Of a stretch of DNA of 64,000 nucleotides, positions 62,340 to 64,000 are shown piece by piece. Both the position numbers and the translations under genes were made by a program. Under the pieces are notes generated by a model. It saw only the letters and a list, made by a program, of their open reading frames with translations. It made no database searches and was not told the origin of the DNA. Each line of letters begins with the position of its first letter. Position 1 is the first letter of the stretch. Origin of the DNA: Strigamia acuminata (Eukaryota); contig OX442314.1 of assembly GCA_949358305.1 (NCBI GenBank), forward strand, positions 28,706,001 to 28,770,000, in the 5' to 3' direction.

Positions 62340-63460
62340 GGTCCGCCATTTTCCTTTTAAAGTCAGCTAGCAATAGTTTACATCAGAAGTGGGACAGACG
62401 AATTTAATGCGACGATAGATGAATTTATGCGACTGAACGGATAGACGAATTCTATGCGACGATAAACGAATTCCAGTAGACGAAACGAATAGATGAAAAA
62501 GTAGAAGGAAAAAGTTGAAGAAAAACGAGACGACGATTGTTTTTGTGACAGAAACGAAATTCGGGGACGACAAATAACTACGTGGACGGTTCGGAAATCA
62601 AAGAGAGACGATTTGCTGAGACAACACGTGTTACGAGAAGGTTTGACCGAATTGCGATGGCCGGAACAAAGGCAATTTTAGAGAAGATGCAACGAGGAGA
62701 AATTCTTACAGTTAGCGAATGGATGGCAATTTTGAACCAGTGGATGCAAAAAGGGACGAAAGAAGTGAAGAACGCGCCAGAGTTACCACGTGTTACGAGT
62801 AGGTTTAACCAAATTACAAACGAAAAGATGGTCGAATTGAAAGCAGTTGTAGAGAAGATATGACGCGGAAAAGTTCCAGAAGACAACGAATGGTTTAAGT
62901 TGAGGATCCGAGAGATCAAACCATTGTTACAAGCTCGTAACATTTTACCGCCAAAACAAAAGCTCGACATGATGTATTTGTTGCGGCAAACGGTGCGTAC
63001 GGAGGCGGGAATCAAAGAAGAAGACGTAGATGAAGAAGAAGAAGACGAAAACGACGTAGAAGAAACGGGTCGTAACGAACATGTAATCGGGACAGGTCAA
63101 AATGGAGACGCAATCGAGACGAGTCGAGAGGAAATTGCGATTGGATCGGATCGAAACGAAGACGCGATCGAAACGAATCGAAATGAAGATGCGATTGCAA
63201 AGAAACCGGAAGAAGCTATCAGAGAGATGAACGAAGAATCGGGCGATAAATTAGACGGCAATGATGAATTGTTTGCAGAAATCCTTGTAGAAATTAGATG
63301 CGAATTGTGGCCCATTATCGGAAATCAAGTTCCGTGGGAACCCGAAGCGCTACTTCGTATAGGCATTGGATGATTTTTTGCTTCGTGGGTTTCTCCATCG
63401 GGAAGAGTTCGGGCCATCCAGTCGCAACGTCCATTATAACTAATATACAGGGTGAGTCAA
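62340..63460. mobile_element. Retroelement debris: plus-strand broken ORF and minus-strand Gypsy integrase fragment
   Basis: Minus strand ~63255-63455 reads ILVIMDVATGWPELFP..(frameshift)..ISDNGPQFASNFYKDFC; plus-strand 62582-63250 broken ORF is preceded by a GACGAA-rich leader like that of the small LTR element. Confidence 0.6.
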
Positions 63461-64000
63461 AAATCTGGAAACACCTTTTTTTTCTTGAAAATGACCAAAG
63501 ATATATCAATTCTATTGATGTAGGCGTATAGGAAGTCAATGGTGTGCTATCCAGTGGTGACCTTAAATTTCCAATATCCTCCCAAAGTTGTGGCGGTGCA
63601 TGAAAGTCAACCGCACCTCTCGGATCAATCAATCCATCGACCCAAGATGAGTTACACGACGAACCAGAAACCAGTGAAGCCGAATTCAGACGGCGAAGCC
63701 GACCCGAACCCGAGGACGCAGCCAGACCGGCCCCGATGACATCTTTGCCGGTCAAGCGGTACATTCAGACCGTTCCCAAACTCAGGACCCACGGACACGT
63801 AATGAATTATTTTAGGGCTATTCTCTAGCCAACTCATTTTATAATTTAGTAGTTCATTTAACTTGCCAAATGTCGGCATTAGGCTTATGTATAACTAAGT
63901 ATTGATTATATTGTTGATAACAATAAACTGTAGTGTTTTGATAACTTTTCTTGTCTTGTATTTATCTCGTATTGTATTCACTGTTTATTGCAATCTATAC

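Overview
AT-rich invertebrate (arthropod-like) nuclear DNA with short (~55-65 nt) GT-AG introns; the species cannot be determined from the sequence. (1) 1-22 kb, minus strand: the 5' part of a projectin/twitchin (bent/unc-22-type) gene encoding seven N-terminal Ig domains, with two microexons, at least two candidate alternative coding first exons and MITE-rich introns; the gene probably continues off the left edge. (2) 23-33 kb: a compact cluster of SNRNP35 (-), INTS12 (-), Hikeshi (+), DNMT2/TRDMT1 (-) and a 10-exon coiled-coil gene (+) resembling the synaptonemal-complex protein SIX6OS1. In four of these five genes the longest or second-longest intron (and the SNRNP35 3' flank) carries an unrelated tandem repeat whose unit is near a multiple of 10 bp with phased A/T tracts. 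(3) 36.8-55.5 kb: nested mobile DNA. A young 14.2-kb Gypsy-type LTR retrotransposon (gag, -1-frame pol with one nonsense codon, and a large extra non-env ORF with a Cys-rich finger) sits inside a hAT-type MITE, followed by a 3.5-kb non-autonomous gag-protease LTR element and a U3-only LTR relic. (4) 56-64 kb: a DEG/ENaC (pickpocket-like) channel gene, a MULE/SWIM transposase remnant, a truncated duplicate of the channel gene and retroelement debris. All gene models were assembled by hand from splice signals and reading phase; homology calls are from recalled family motifs, not database searches.
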